DNA from: an uncultured virus (IMG/VR IMGVR_UViG_3300028393_000048)
Taxonomy: Duplodnaviria; Heunggongvirae; Uroviricota; Caudoviricetes
Virus record (IMG/VR): IMGVR_UViG_3300028393_000048
Coordinates: 1-64,000 of that record
Direction: 5' to 3' (one strand)
DNA: 64,000 bases
The position numbers were made by a program, and so were the translations under genes. The first letter of the stretch is position 1. The number at the start of each line of letters is the position of its first letter. A model generated the notes under the pieces. It saw nothing but the letters and a program-made list of their open reading frames with translations. It did no database searches and was not told the DNA's origin. Positions 18,619-27,663 of the stretch are shown piece after piece.

Positions 18619-19182
18619 ATGGAAAAAAATACTAAAATGAAACCAACTGTTGTATGGCTGACAGGTTTATCAGGTGCTGGAAAGACTACTGTTGCTACTG
18701 CTTTGTATGAGAAGTGTATATTTCAATTCAGAACAGGATTAGTTGATGGTGATGCAATAAGAGCAAATCGTGATAAGCCTATTGGGTTTGATATGACAAG
18801 TAGACAAAGAATGGTATCGGAAGCTATTTATATGACAAAAAACATGCTTACTTTCCAAAATACTAATCTTGTTATTGTTGCAATGATTTCTCCACTTAAA
18901 TGCATGAGAGATAATGCAAGAGAAATATTGCAGAAATATTGTGATGCAAGATTTATTGAGGTTCATATGGACACACCATTAGAAGTCTGCGAGGAAAGAG
19001 ATCCTAAAGGTTTGTATAAGAAAGCTCGTGCAGGAGAGATTAAAGATTTTACTGGTATTGATTCTCCTTATGAAGCACCAATAAATCCAGAAATCTGGAT
19101 AACACCCAAAAGTCCTTATCATGGTGAAATGACAGTTGACAAAGCTGTTAATATAATATATAATAGGATTCATGAACTTTAA
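18619..19182 (+). CDS. cysC: Adenylyl-sulfate (APS) kinase
   Basis: WLTGLSGAGKTT, DGD.IR, ISP, CEERDPKGLYKKARAGEIKDFTGIDSPYEAP. Confidence 0.96.
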   Translation: MEKNTKMKPTVVWLTGLSGAGKTTVATALYEKCIFQFRTGLVDGDAIRANRDKPIGFDMTSRQRMVSEAIYMTKNMLTFQNTNLVIVAMISPLKCMRDNAREILQKYCDARFIEVHMDTPLEVCEERDPKGLYKKARAGEIKDFTGIDSPYEAPINPEIWITPKSPYHGEMTVDKAVNIIYNRIHEL

Positions 19183-19483
19183 TAATCCTTTAGAAATTCT
19201 ATTAACTATAATTTTAATACTTGGTTCAATATGGATAGTTGAAAAAATCATTACTGGTGCTTTTAAAACAATTATTGCAGCAGTTGTGATTGTTGCAGTC
19301 CTAGCAATATACACCAATTTTTTCCATCCAGAAAAAAAACCAAAAAATAGACCTGAATTTAGATTCAATGATCTAACGAATTATGAAGAATTTAAGAAAA
19401 AATTCAATGTTCTTAAACAAGAAACTATAAATGATATAAAGAAAGATTATAAGGACGCAAAAAAGAATAAAAATGATTTATGA
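19172..19483 (+). CDS. Two-TM membrane protein
   Basis: Hydrophobic N-terminal half; TTGACA-N17-TATAAT 7 nt before ATG. Confidence 0.6.
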   Translation: MNFNNPLEILLTIILILGSIWIVEKIITGAFKTIIAAVVIVAVLAIYTNFFHPEKKPKNRPEFRFNDLTNYEEFKKKFNVLKQETINDIKKDYKDAKKNKNDL

Positions 19484-20025
19484 AAATTCGTTTTACTGAA
19501 GAAGAATACAAAAGGATAAAGGAATCAGCATTGGAATTCCTTAAAGATTCCGAAAAGAAAGGTTTAAATGCTAATAGATATAGTGGATGGAAACCCATAG
19601 AATATCAAATAGAAAATCAACTTGTGGGTTGTTCTGGTGAATTTGCTGTTGCCCGTGCACTTGGTATAAAAAACTTCAAACCAAAGGTTGGGGTTTATCA
19701 TCGGGTTCCTGACATCGAACCAGATATTGAAGTCAGATCAAGCATTGATAAATCTTTTAAAAAATTAATATTGAGGGATAATGATGATCTTTCAAGAAAA
19801 TATGTTTACACACGGGTTAATCTTGATGTGACAAACACCGTTGAGGTTGAGATTATGGGTTGGATTGTCGGTAAAGATGCTGTAGAAGTTACAGAATTGT
19901 CTTTTGGTAATACAAAATTTTCCAAAACGAATAACCCGTTCAATCAAAAACCTGCATATTTTGTTGATAATAAAAACTTGCATCCGTTTGAAAAATTGAT
20001 AGAATCATATAATGAAAAGAAATAA
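19480..20025 (+). CDS. Putative PD-(D/E)XK-fold nuclease
   Basis: G..GE.AVA..L and PD....IEVRS motifs. Confidence 0.5.
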   Translation: MKIRFTEEEYKRIKESALEFLKDSEKKGLNANRYSGWKPIEYQIENQLVGCSGEFAVARALGIKNFKPKVGVYHRVPDIEPDIEVRSSIDKSFKKLILRDNDDLSRKYVYTRVNLDVTNTVEVEIMGWIVGKDAVEVTELSFGNTKFSKTNNPFNQKPAYFVDNKNLHPFEKLIESYNEKK

Positions 20026-20314
20026 AACATTTATAAAATCCGTATTACGTTCTGATGATGTTTATATTCAATTTACGGAAGAGGAACTAAAAGAGTTTGG
20101 ATGGGAAAAAGGTCAAAAGTTTACATTTAAAACACATGATGATGGATCTGTTGAGCTTATACCATATAAAAAAATAGAAATTGAATTGGATGATTTTCCA
20201 GTAGAAGTCCTCAAAATGCTTATTAAGGAATCTTGCGATAAAGATATTTCTGTAAATGACATTATAACAGATCTCTTAAAAAAATACATTGAGGAGGAAG
20301 ATAAAAATGTTTGA
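20012..20314 (+). CDS. AbrB/MazE-like plus RHH-like DNA-binding protein
   Basis: YIQF.EE.L...GW..G......DDGSV.L; C-terminal ISVNDII..LL. Confidence 0.55.
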   Translation: MKRNKTFIKSVLRSDDVYIQFTEEELKEFGWEKGQKFTFKTHDDGSVELIPYKKIEIELDDFPVEVLKMLIKESCDKDISVNDIITDLLKKYIEEEDKNV

Positions 20315-20479
20315 AAATATAGCAATTGATAGAGAGAGAAAGGCTTTATAAGCTTTATATGGAAGAGGTTGATCATATCTGTGAAGAATGTGATTGGGTT
20401 TCTTCCTTTACACCTAGAGATATTATCAGTATAATTTCTAGACTTATTGAATCTAATCCCAATTTGATATCAAAGGATA

Positions 20480-21463
20480 ATGTACACATTTGATAGTAAT
20501 GTTTTGGATACAGCCTATGCTTATGTATTAAGCAGGGGATTTCCTTACTATGAATTCTCTTTAGATGAAAAGAAAAGAGAATTAGAGAAAATCAAAAAAT
20601 ATGATATATCAAAAATTATTCAAGGGGGTGTGATAAGACAAACCATGCACGGTTTGGGATTGGCATGGTCATACTTTCCTCATGCATGGAGTGTGAAGAC
20701 TCGCAATATGAAAACTCCTATGGAAGTTTTTGAGAACAAAGATCTACTTAAAAAAGCCGTTGAAAGAAGATTAAAAAGGGGAGGGTTTCCCATGCTTAAA
20801 CCCGATGGTTCGATGACAGATTCTCAAATCAGAAAAGCAATCAGAAGTTATTCTGGTGTTCAAGCTGTATCAAACTTCAGACCGTCAGCAGCAGCAGCAA
20901 TTTACCAAACCTATGCAGGTGGTGGAGTTGTTTGGGATATGTCTTGTGGCTTTGGTGGTAGATATCTAGGGGCATTGGTAAGTGGTGCTGTTAGGTTCTA
21001 TTATGGCTCTGATCCCAGTACAGAAACCTTTAATGGGTTACAACAAATGCAGAAAGATTTTCAATACGCAGGAATGTATTCATTGATTCAAAAAAGAGGT
21101 AGCGAAGACCAGTTTATATTCTCTCAAGATGTAGATTTATGTTTTACCTCTCCTCCTTATTTTAATACTGAAAAGTATTCAGACGAAGCAACACAGAGTT
21201 ATTTAGCCTATGATAATGTTGATTCTTGGAATGAAAACTTCTTGCGTAAGACGATACAAAACTGCTATAGTTGTCTTAAATGGAATGGTCATATGATACT
21301 CAATGTAGCAAATGTAATCAGTCATAAAACCTTGGAAGATGATACAGTTAGAATTGCACAAGAAGAAGGCTTTACATTGATTGAAACTCTTAAACTCCAA
21401 CTATCCAGTATCACAAAAGGCGGATTTAAATACGAGCCAACATTTGTTTTTAAAAAAATATGA
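20480..21463 (+). CDS. Amino (N4/N6) DNA methyltransferase
   Basis: NFRP..A..IY, DMSCGFGGR (SAM binding), FTSPPY (catalytic). Confidence 0.85.
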   Translation: MYTFDSNVLDTAYAYVLSRGFPYYEFSLDEKKRELEKIKKYDISKIIQGGVIRQTMHGLGLAWSYFPHAWSVKTRNMKTPMEVFENKDLLKKAVERRLKRGGFPMLKPDGSMTDSQIRKAIRSYSGVQAVSNFRPSAAAAIYQTYAGGGVVWDMSCGFGGRYLGALVSGAVRFYYGSDPSTETFNGLQQMQKDFQYAGMYSLIQKRGSEDQFIFSQDVDLCFTSPPYFNTEKYSDEATQSYLAYDNVDSWNENFLRKTIQNCYSCLKWNGHMILNVANVISHKTLEDDTVRIAQEEGFTLIETLKLQLSSITKGGFKYEPTFVFKKI

Positions 21464-21855
21464 AATATACTCCTGATCACATAATAGAACTTAAACCTAA
21501 TGAAGTATTTGTATTTGGAAGCAATCTTGCTGGAATACATGGAGCAGGAGCAGCAAGATTTGCACATAAAGTATTTGGTGCAAAGTTTGGAGTCGGTATT
21601 GGAATGACAGGAAGATGTTATGCTCTTCCTACTAAAGATGAAAATATATGGACTCTTCCTTTAACTGAAATTCAAGGACATATAATTGATTTTTTGGATT
21701 TTGCCAAAGAAAATCCCGATAAAACTTTTCTTTTAACGCCTGTTGGTTGCGGATTAGCAGGATGGACACCAGAAGATGTTGCACCTATGTTTAAAAATTA
21801 CCCAAGTAATGTAATTATCCCTAGGGAATTTCATGAAATTATTTCTCGTATGTAG
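21460..21855 (+). CDS. A1S_2505-like (macro-fold-like) phage protein
   Basis: VFVFGSNLAGIHGAGAA, YALPTK, TPVGCGLAG. Confidence 0.75.
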   Translation: MKYTPDHIIELKPNEVFVFGSNLAGIHGAGAARFAHKVFGAKFGVGIGMTGRCYALPTKDENIWTLPLTEIQGHIIDFLDFAKENPDKTFLLTPVGCGLAGWTPEDVAPMFKNYPSNVIIPREFHEIISRM

Positions 21856-22069
21856 TTTATTATTTGTAAGTGTTTGTTTTGCAGATACTAATAGTATAAA
21901 CTATATTGGATTACAAGATAAAGAAATAGCAAGAGAAAAATTAGAAAATCTTTATGGGTTAAAGGTATCGAAATCGATACTATTAAGTGGGGAAAATTTT
22001 ATTGATTATAATAATTTTAATAGCATTAGTAGAGTAAGAACATATACAACATTTAAAATAAATTTCTAA
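21833..22069 (+). CDS. Small secreted protein
   Basis: Signal peptide MKLFLVCSLLFVSVCFA; ends TFKINF. Confidence 0.5.
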   Translation: MKLFLVCSLLFVSVCFADTNSINYIGLQDKEIAREKLENLYGLKVSKSILLSGENFIDYNNFNSISRVRTYTTFKINF

Positions 22070-22099
22070 TTTTGGTATTCGTGTGGGTAAATATTCCAT

Positions 22100-22348
22100 A
22101 TGAATAAAAAGGATATCCTTAATTTAATGGAAGCCTATGATGAAGTTACTTCAAACGAAGTTAATTCATCCGAAGTTACACCAACACCACCAGAGGAAAC
22201 CCCGTCAGCAAATTCTGCCAATCTTGAAACATCAATTGATAATATCACAGATGCTGTAAAAAAAGTTGATGAAGGTGATGTGGTGGATTTAATTCCTTTT
22301 ATTTCTGACCTTATCAGAAAAGCAAAAAGTCTTATAGGTAAAGCCTAA
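22100..22348 (+). CDS. Putative internal head protein
   Basis: TAAATA box; LMEAYDEV motif. Confidence 0.55.
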   Translation: MNKKDILNLMEAYDEVTSNEVNSSEVTPTPPEETPSANSANLETSIDNITDAVKKVDEGDVVDLIPFISDLIRKAKSLIGKA

Positions 22349-22372
22349 AAATCAGATAAGGTAGCTAACGTA

Positions 22373-22774
22373 TTAGTCTACCGTCACGATATTGATTAAT
22401 TCAATTCCGAATTTTTTAGCAAGTTCAAGAGTTGATGGGTCAAATTTATAAAGGTCTTTATAGACAATTTTTTTGATACCATAAGCAGCAAGAGATTTTA
22501 AACAATCATTACAAGGTAATAAAGTTGTTGCCGCTAAATAGCACTCATTGGGCTTTACGTATCTTAATGCATTAATCTCTGAATGAACAACATACTTTCT
22601 GCGTTCATCTCTATCATTCCAATCTTCTTGCATTCCAGCAGGGAAACCATTATAACCTAACGATGCAACACTATTATCATGCCTTAGAAGACAACATCCT
22701 ACGGTTTGCCAAGGATCTTTAGATTTGTGTGCAGCAACTTCTGCAAGTTTAAGAGCGTATTGTTCCCAAGTCAT
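22373..22774 (-). CDS. dCMP deaminase
   Basis: SKDP..VG, GYNGFP.G, HSEINAL, PCNDC. Confidence 0.92.
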   Translation of the reverse strand: MTWEQYALKLAEVAAHKSKDPWQTVGCCLLRHDNSVASLGYNGFPAGMQEDWNDRDERRKYVVHSEINALRYVKPNECYLAATTLLPCNDCLKSLAAYGIKKIVYKDLYKFDPSTLELAKKFGIELINIVTVD

Positions 22775-22800
22775 CTATATATTATAGATGTTTTTAAAAA

Positions 22801-23172
22801 TTAATCAAGCTTAATACTATTAGGCTTTGTAGCACGAATGTAAACCTCACCATATACTTCTAGTCTACCCATAAGATCTTGAAATTCTCGTTGGGTTAAC
22901 GAATCTAGATCAGCTAATTTCTTATAAATTTCTTCTGCTTTTTCTTTAAAATGTTTTTCTTTACCTTCCTTGTTTTGCCATTTTAAGGCATCAGCGTATG
23001 GTTTTTCTTTAGCAGCATAATGGATGGCAGTGAGTAAAGAATAACCACCTTTTTTTCTTGTCTGTGCTTCTAATTTTTCAGCACCAGCTTTACGTTTGTT
23101 GAGAAATTCATCAAATTTATCCTCAACACCCATGTCTTTTTTAATTGCTTCTAAAATTATATCAAAGTTCAT
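22801..23172 (-). CDS. Hypothetical protein, possible internal head protein
   Basis: MNFDIILE N-terminus. Confidence 0.55.
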   Translation of the reverse strand: MNFDIILEAIKKDMGVEDKFDEFLNKRKAGAEKLEAQTRKKGGYSLLTAIHYAAKEKPYADALKWQNKEGKEKHFKEKAEEIYKKLADLDSLTQREFQDLMGRLEVYGEVYIRATKPNSIKLD

Positions 23173-23177
23173 TATAA

Positions 23178-23666
23178 TTATCCACCTTGAGATATTGTAT
23201 TAACTATAGAATCAGTATTGCTTACTGCGTCAGTATTCCTTACTGCGTCAGTATTCCTTACTGACGCAGTAGTATTATCTCTAAGCTCAGGCGCATTACC
23301 GAAATAGAATTCCAAACCTTTATACTTTTCAGGATCTGAATTATATATATTATGGAGACGAGATTCTACTTGATCAACTGGTATACCGAGTTTCTGAGAT
23401 ATCTGCTGATTGATATCTTTCTTAGCAGCGTCATAGAATGTTACATTATTAGTACCTTTGCTAACACCTTGAGCAGATTGAGTGTAAGCTTGTTCTATAT
23501 TTGAAGCTGCTTGTTGAACTAAATTAGGTCCTTGTGCTGCATTAGCTTGCGGTGCTAATAGATTAGATAAAGCCATTGCTGCTGAAGCTAATAAGCCTTT
23601 CCAGTTTTCTTCTATTAAGACTTGTTCATAAGCTTCTTCTAATAAAATTGTATCTTTATTTCTCAT
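23178..23666 (-). CDS. Putative internal head protein with internal signal-peptide-like segment
   Basis: TAAATA box; LLEEAYEQVLIEE then NWKGLLASAAMALSNLLAPQANA. Confidence 0.55.
   Translation of the reverse strand: MRNKDTILLEEAYEQVLIEENWKGLLASAAMALSNLLAPQANAAQGPNLVQQAASNIEQAYTQSAQGVSKGTNNVTFYDAAKKDINQQISQKLGIPVDQVESRLHNIYNSDPEKYKGLEFYFGNAPELRDNTTASVRNTDAVRNTDAVSNTDSIVNTISQGG
23212..23263. repeat. In-frame 18-nt tandem repeat, ~3 copies
   Basis: tcagtattccttactgcg units encoding VRNTDA on the - strand. Confidence 0.85.
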
Positions 23667-23681
23667 ATTTAATATTTACAC

Positions 23682-24260
23682 TCAAGAGAGGAATAATTCC
23701 CATTCTTTTATATTGTGCTTATTCTTAATATAATGAGAAGATGGCATATACTTTGGAGCTAAGGGCTTTTTAATAAGCTTTAATCCTGCTTCCTCTGGTG
23801 TTCTATCAGCTTTCTTTGCATTGACTTCCTTATGTGTAAGAACACAATTATCCCATGTAGTTTTACCACCCCTACTTCTTGGCATAATATGATCGACGTT
23901 ACCTTCGTTTTTAGAAAGCTTTTTACCCGTATATTGACAAATACCCTCATCTCTATTCCAAACGGCTCCTAGAGAGAATTTGGGGCGTTTAAGAGGTACT
24001 CTGTCGAACTTACAAAGAACAATAACCTTTGGTATTTTAATTTCTCCACGAACAGTAGAAACATATTCTGATGTTTCATCTTTTGTTAAATTAATCCAAT
24101 CTTTCCAACGATAAGGAACCATATTATCCTCGCCTAAAATATCCAATCCAGTAGCATTATCAGTATACATCATTGATAATGCTTCTGCTGGAGATTTTAC
24201 ATGGATTGCTTGCCAGTTACGATTAAGCACGAGCACGGTTGTCCTATTAAGATGACTCAT
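23682..24260 (-). CDS. McrA-like HNH endonuclease
   Basis: VLVLNRNW, RD..ICQYTG, VDHIMPRSRGG..TWDNCV...VNAKKADRTP.EAG. Confidence 0.9.
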   Translation of the reverse strand: MSHLNRTTVLVLNRNWQAIHVKSPAEALSMMYTDNATGLDILGEDNMVPYRWKDWINLTKDETSEYVSTVRGEIKIPKVIVLCKFDRVPLKRPKFSLGAVWNRDEGICQYTGKKLSKNEGNVDHIMPRSRGGKTTWDNCVLTHKEVNAKKADRTPEEAGLKLIKKPLAPKYMPSSHYIKNKHNIKEWELFLS

Positions 24261-24276
24261 ACAAACTGTAATATAC

Positions 24277-25953
24277 TTATGCTTCGCAGGATTTGCAAGT
24301 CATAATTGAACGAGCAAGTTCCTTTGCTGGATTAGTTGATCTCTGATAATAAAGAGATTTAATACCTTGCTCCCAAGCAAAAATAATAAGTTCATTAACT
24401 GCTTTTGGTGGTGTACCAGCAGGGATAAGCATATTTAAACTTTGACCTTGATCAATATACTTTTGGCGAGAAGCAGCTTGAATGATAATTTCTTTTTGTG
24501 AAGTTTCTTCAAAAGTTTTGAATACATCTTTCTCTTCTTGAGATAAGAAATCTAAATGCTGAACTGATCCACTATGCTTAAGAATATCCATCCAAACTTC
24601 ATCATTATGCTTTCCTTTTTCTTTCAAGAGTTTTTTGAGGTAAGGATTCTTATATGAAAATTTTCCTTTAGCCAGATCCTTAACATAATAGTTACTATTG
24701 TTTGGTTCGATAGATGGACTAACCTGACCTAAAATGAATGAGGATGACGTTGTAGGAGCTACAGCAAGCGTTGTGGTATTCCTACGACCATAACCTTTAA
24801 GTAGTTCTGGTTCACCAATTAATTCAGAAAGTTCTTTGGTTGCTTTATCTGCTCTCTCACGAATAGTTCTCCAGATAATTGTATTAAGAATTTTTGCTTG
24901 CATAGACTCAAATGCAATCATCTCGGATTGCAATAAAGAATGCCAGCCAAGAACACCAAGACCTAATGCACGATGATTGATTGCAAACTTACGAGGTGCT
25001 TCCATAAACTCCATACCATATGTTTTTCCAATAAATTCTGACATTACTGCATCCAAGAAATAAATCATGGTTTCTACCGCATCAGTATCCTTCCACTCTT
25101 CCCATCTTTCAAGATTCATTGAAGAAAGATCACAAACAAATGATTCATCTTCACTATTAGGAAGCATGATTTCTGTGCAAAGATTAGATTGAGTAATCTT
25201 CATCTTCTTATCTTTATAAACTTGTGGTGCTTGCTTGTTTACATTATCAGTAAAGAAAATATAAGGATAACCAGACTCAAATCTTTTCTTGAGTACAAGA
25301 CCCCAAATTCTTCTTTTTTCTTTGTCACCATCAAGCATTGACTTCATCCATTCATCGGTAATAGTAACACCGATTGAAAGATCCTGAATCTCGTTTCCTT
25401 CTCCACGAATTTTTAAAAACTCTTCAATGTCACCATGATCAATTGGAAGATACGCAGCAAAAGATCCTCTACGAACATTACCTTGCGATACAACGCTCAT
25501 GAGCTTATTAAAAAGCTCCATAAAATGTACTGATCCTGTTGATTCACCACCAGAAGAAATTGCCTCACCTCTTGCCCTAAGATTGCCAAAGTAAGCAGAT
25601 GTTCCACCGCCATTCTTTGTCATGATTCCAACCTCTGCAACTTTTTCTAAAATACCTGCCATTGTGTCAGGAATATGAGAACCAAAACAAGAAATCGGAA
25701 GACCTCTCTTACGACCAAAATTTGACCAAATGGGAGAAGCAAGAGAATAAAATCCTCTGTGCATATAATTCTCAAACTTTTTTGCAAACTTTGTATCGCC
25801 TGTAAATTCTACTAAAAGTTTTTGTGCTGTTTTTGCAATGTCAGAAATTCTTTGTTCTGGTGTTTCATCCTCTAATAAATAACCTCTTTGAAGGAATTTT
25901 CTAGAATCTTTGTTAAGCCAATAAATCTCTGTTTGCTGCGTTTCGGTACTCAT
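24277..25953 (-). CDS. nrdA: Class I ribonucleotide reductase alpha subunit
   Basis: PISCF, GGGTS, SQGNVRRG, SNLCTEI, APTTSS, IDQGQS, KSLYY, C-terminal CKSC. Confidence 0.95.
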   Translation of the reverse strand: MSTETQQTEIYWLNKDSRKFLQRGYLLEDETPEQRISDIAKTAQKLLVEFTGDTKFAKKFENYMHRGFYSLASPIWSNFGRKRGLPISCFGSHIPDTMAGILEKVAEVGIMTKNGGGTSAYFGNLRARGEAISSGGESTGSVHFMELFNKLMSVVSQGNVRRGSFAAYLPIDHGDIEEFLKIRGEGNEIQDLSIGVTITDEWMKSMLDGDKEKRRIWGLVLKKRFESGYPYIFFTDNVNKQAPQVYKDKKMKITQSNLCTEIMLPNSEDESFVCDLSSMNLERWEEWKDTDAVETMIYFLDAVMSEFIGKTYGMEFMEAPRKFAINHRALGLGVLGWHSLLQSEMIAFESMQAKILNTIIWRTIRERADKATKELSELIGEPELLKGYGRRNTTTLAVAPTTSSSFILGQVSPSIEPNNSNYYVKDLAKGKFSYKNPYLKKLLKEKGKHNDEVWMDILKHSGSVQHLDFLSQEEKDVFKTFEETSQKEIIIQAASRQKYIDQGQSLNMLIPAGTPPKAVNELIIFAWEQGIKSLYYQRSTNPAKELARSIMTCKSCEA

Positions 25954-25998
25954 AAATTTGATATATCTATCTTATCAAATTGCTAATGAATAGCAATC

Positions 25999-26970
25999 TT
26001 AAAATAATTCAGATTCATCAAAACACTGATCTTTTTTTGCGTATTCGGTTGGCTTTTGGAAAAAAAAGTCAGTCATCGTATTTCCAAGAAGTTCTTCTTG
26101 AAACCACATTGTCTTCTTAAGAATTTCCTTATCAACATCAAATACAGGCTTGAATTTAATTTGAATGAGAGAATCATTAATACGATTCTTGATAAATTCT
26201 TTAAGAATTGGAGCAGTTAAGTTTTCTTCCTTAATTCCATTAACCATCCAATCTACAATTTCTGATTCAGATTCAAAAGCCATTTTTGCTTCATGTGCAA
26301 TCTTCTCTTCAAGTTCTGCATCAAAAAGTTCTGGATACTCTTCTCTAATTGTATTAATGATTCTAGTGCCAACAAGACCATGAATCTGTTCTTCGTTACG
26401 AGTATATTTTACTTGTTGATCTGTGTCTTTAAGAACGTTCTTAAAACGAGCAAACCAATTAATAACATAGAATTGAGAAAACAAACTAACATTCTCAACA
26501 AATAATGTGAATAAAATGAGGGCATATAGATATTGCTTCTTGGAATCTTTATAAAATCTGTGAGTATATTTTCTAAGATATTTCACTCTCCCTTCGATCC
26601 AATCTAGCTTTAGGTTCTTTTCAAAAATATCTTCCAACCCAAGGGCAGAAATTAATCTTTCGTATGCATTATTGTGAATAACTTCTACGTTTGCCATCAC
26701 ATAACCAAGATCAGAAAGTGATGGATGCGGAAGATTCTCACCGAGCTTTGCCCAAAATGTTTTAACTGCGATTTCAATTTGTCCAATTGCAGAAAGAGTA
26801 CGAATGATAATTTCTCTTTCTTGATCATTCAAATTTACTTTGAACTGCTGAACATCTGATTTAAAATTAAATTCTTTATCTGTCCAGAAGCCATTGTGCA
26901 TTGCTTCGATAAATTCTTCTGTCCAAGGATAGTTGTTAGGTTTGCGGCTTATTTGTTCTTCGAATATCAT
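25999..26970 (-). CDS. nrdB: Class I ribonucleotide reductase beta subunit
   Basis: FWT..E, EVIHNNAY, ENVSLFSQF, NEEQIH, DFF. Confidence 0.95.
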   Translation of the reverse strand: MIFEEQISRKPNNYPWTEEFIEAMHNGFWTDKEFNFKSDVQQFKVNLNDQEREIIIRTLSAIGQIEIAVKTFWAKLGENLPHPSLSDLGYVMANVEVIHNNAYERLISALGLEDIFEKNLKLDWIEGRVKYLRKYTHRFYKDSKKQYLYALILFTLFVENVSLFSQFYVINWFARFKNVLKDTDQQVKYTRNEEQIHGLVGTRIINTIREEYPELFDAELEEKIAHEAKMAFESESEIVDWMVNGIKEENLTAPILKEFIKNRINDSLIQIKFKPVFDVDKEILKKTMWFQEELLGNTMTDFFFQKPTEYAKKDQCFDESELF

Positions 26971-26991
26971 AAAGTTTACTTAGTAAGTGTA

Positions 26992-27375
26992 TTAGTTTTT
27001 TTTAATTGTTGCGAGCTTTTTCTTTTTCTTTTTTGGTTTGCTTAGAATATGCTTTTGGAGTTCGGATTTGTAAAGTTTCATAGATATGTATTTTAAAAAT
27101 CTTGCATGTTCCAAGTATGTGACAATGTTTCTAACTCTGGATTCTGCATATATTACTTGAGTTTCACTCCAATCTGGTTCAAGATAATGAATACATTCGT
27201 GGTATGCAGTTGATAGTAATTCCCCCGAAGGATTGAATTCCAAATCCGTCCAATTACAAATACCATGAGTTCCCCTCATTTTTCTGAAATTAAAAAATTC
27301 AGGTGGTTTTCTTCTGGCTAGATTAAGACATCTTGTATAAAGTTTATTAGTTTTGATTTTACCTAGCTTTTCCAT
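26992..27375 (-). CDS. Basic hypothetical protein with HExxH
   Basis: TAYHECIHY..PDWSE.QV. Confidence 0.55.
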   Translation of the reverse strand: MEKLGKIKTNKLYTRCLNLARRKPPEFFNFRKMRGTHGICNWTDLEFNPSGELLSTAYHECIHYLEPDWSETQVIYAESRVRNIVTYLEHARFLKYISMKLYKSELQKHILSKPKKKKKKLATIKKN

Positions 27376-27387
27376 ACCATATATTTA

Positions 27388-27579
27388 TCAATTTTTTGAT
27401 ATTCTTTTGGAACCATTTAAAAGCATATCTAATACACTAAGTAGTGCAAAACCCGAAAGCCAGTTTATATAAGAAAATTCTATACTGAGCTTAAAAAGGT
27501 TATTAAGGCTCCATATTACTAGAAACGGAGACCCAACAACATAAATTATAGTAAAAAGTAATAAAATTAATAGTTTCAT
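27388..27579 (-). CDS. Small membrane protein
   Basis: P...IWSLN.LF...I......W pattern; TTGACT...TATAAT-N6-ATG. Confidence 0.6.
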   Translation of the reverse strand: MKLLILLLFTIIYVVGSPFLVIWSLNNLFKLSIEFSYINWLSGFALLSVLDMLLNGSKRISKN

Positions 27580-27663
27580 ATTTAAATTATAAATTTTTTA
27601 TTTAAAAAAGTCAACTATAAATTTTATTGTTGCTTTATGTTACATATCTGTTAAATTTAATAG

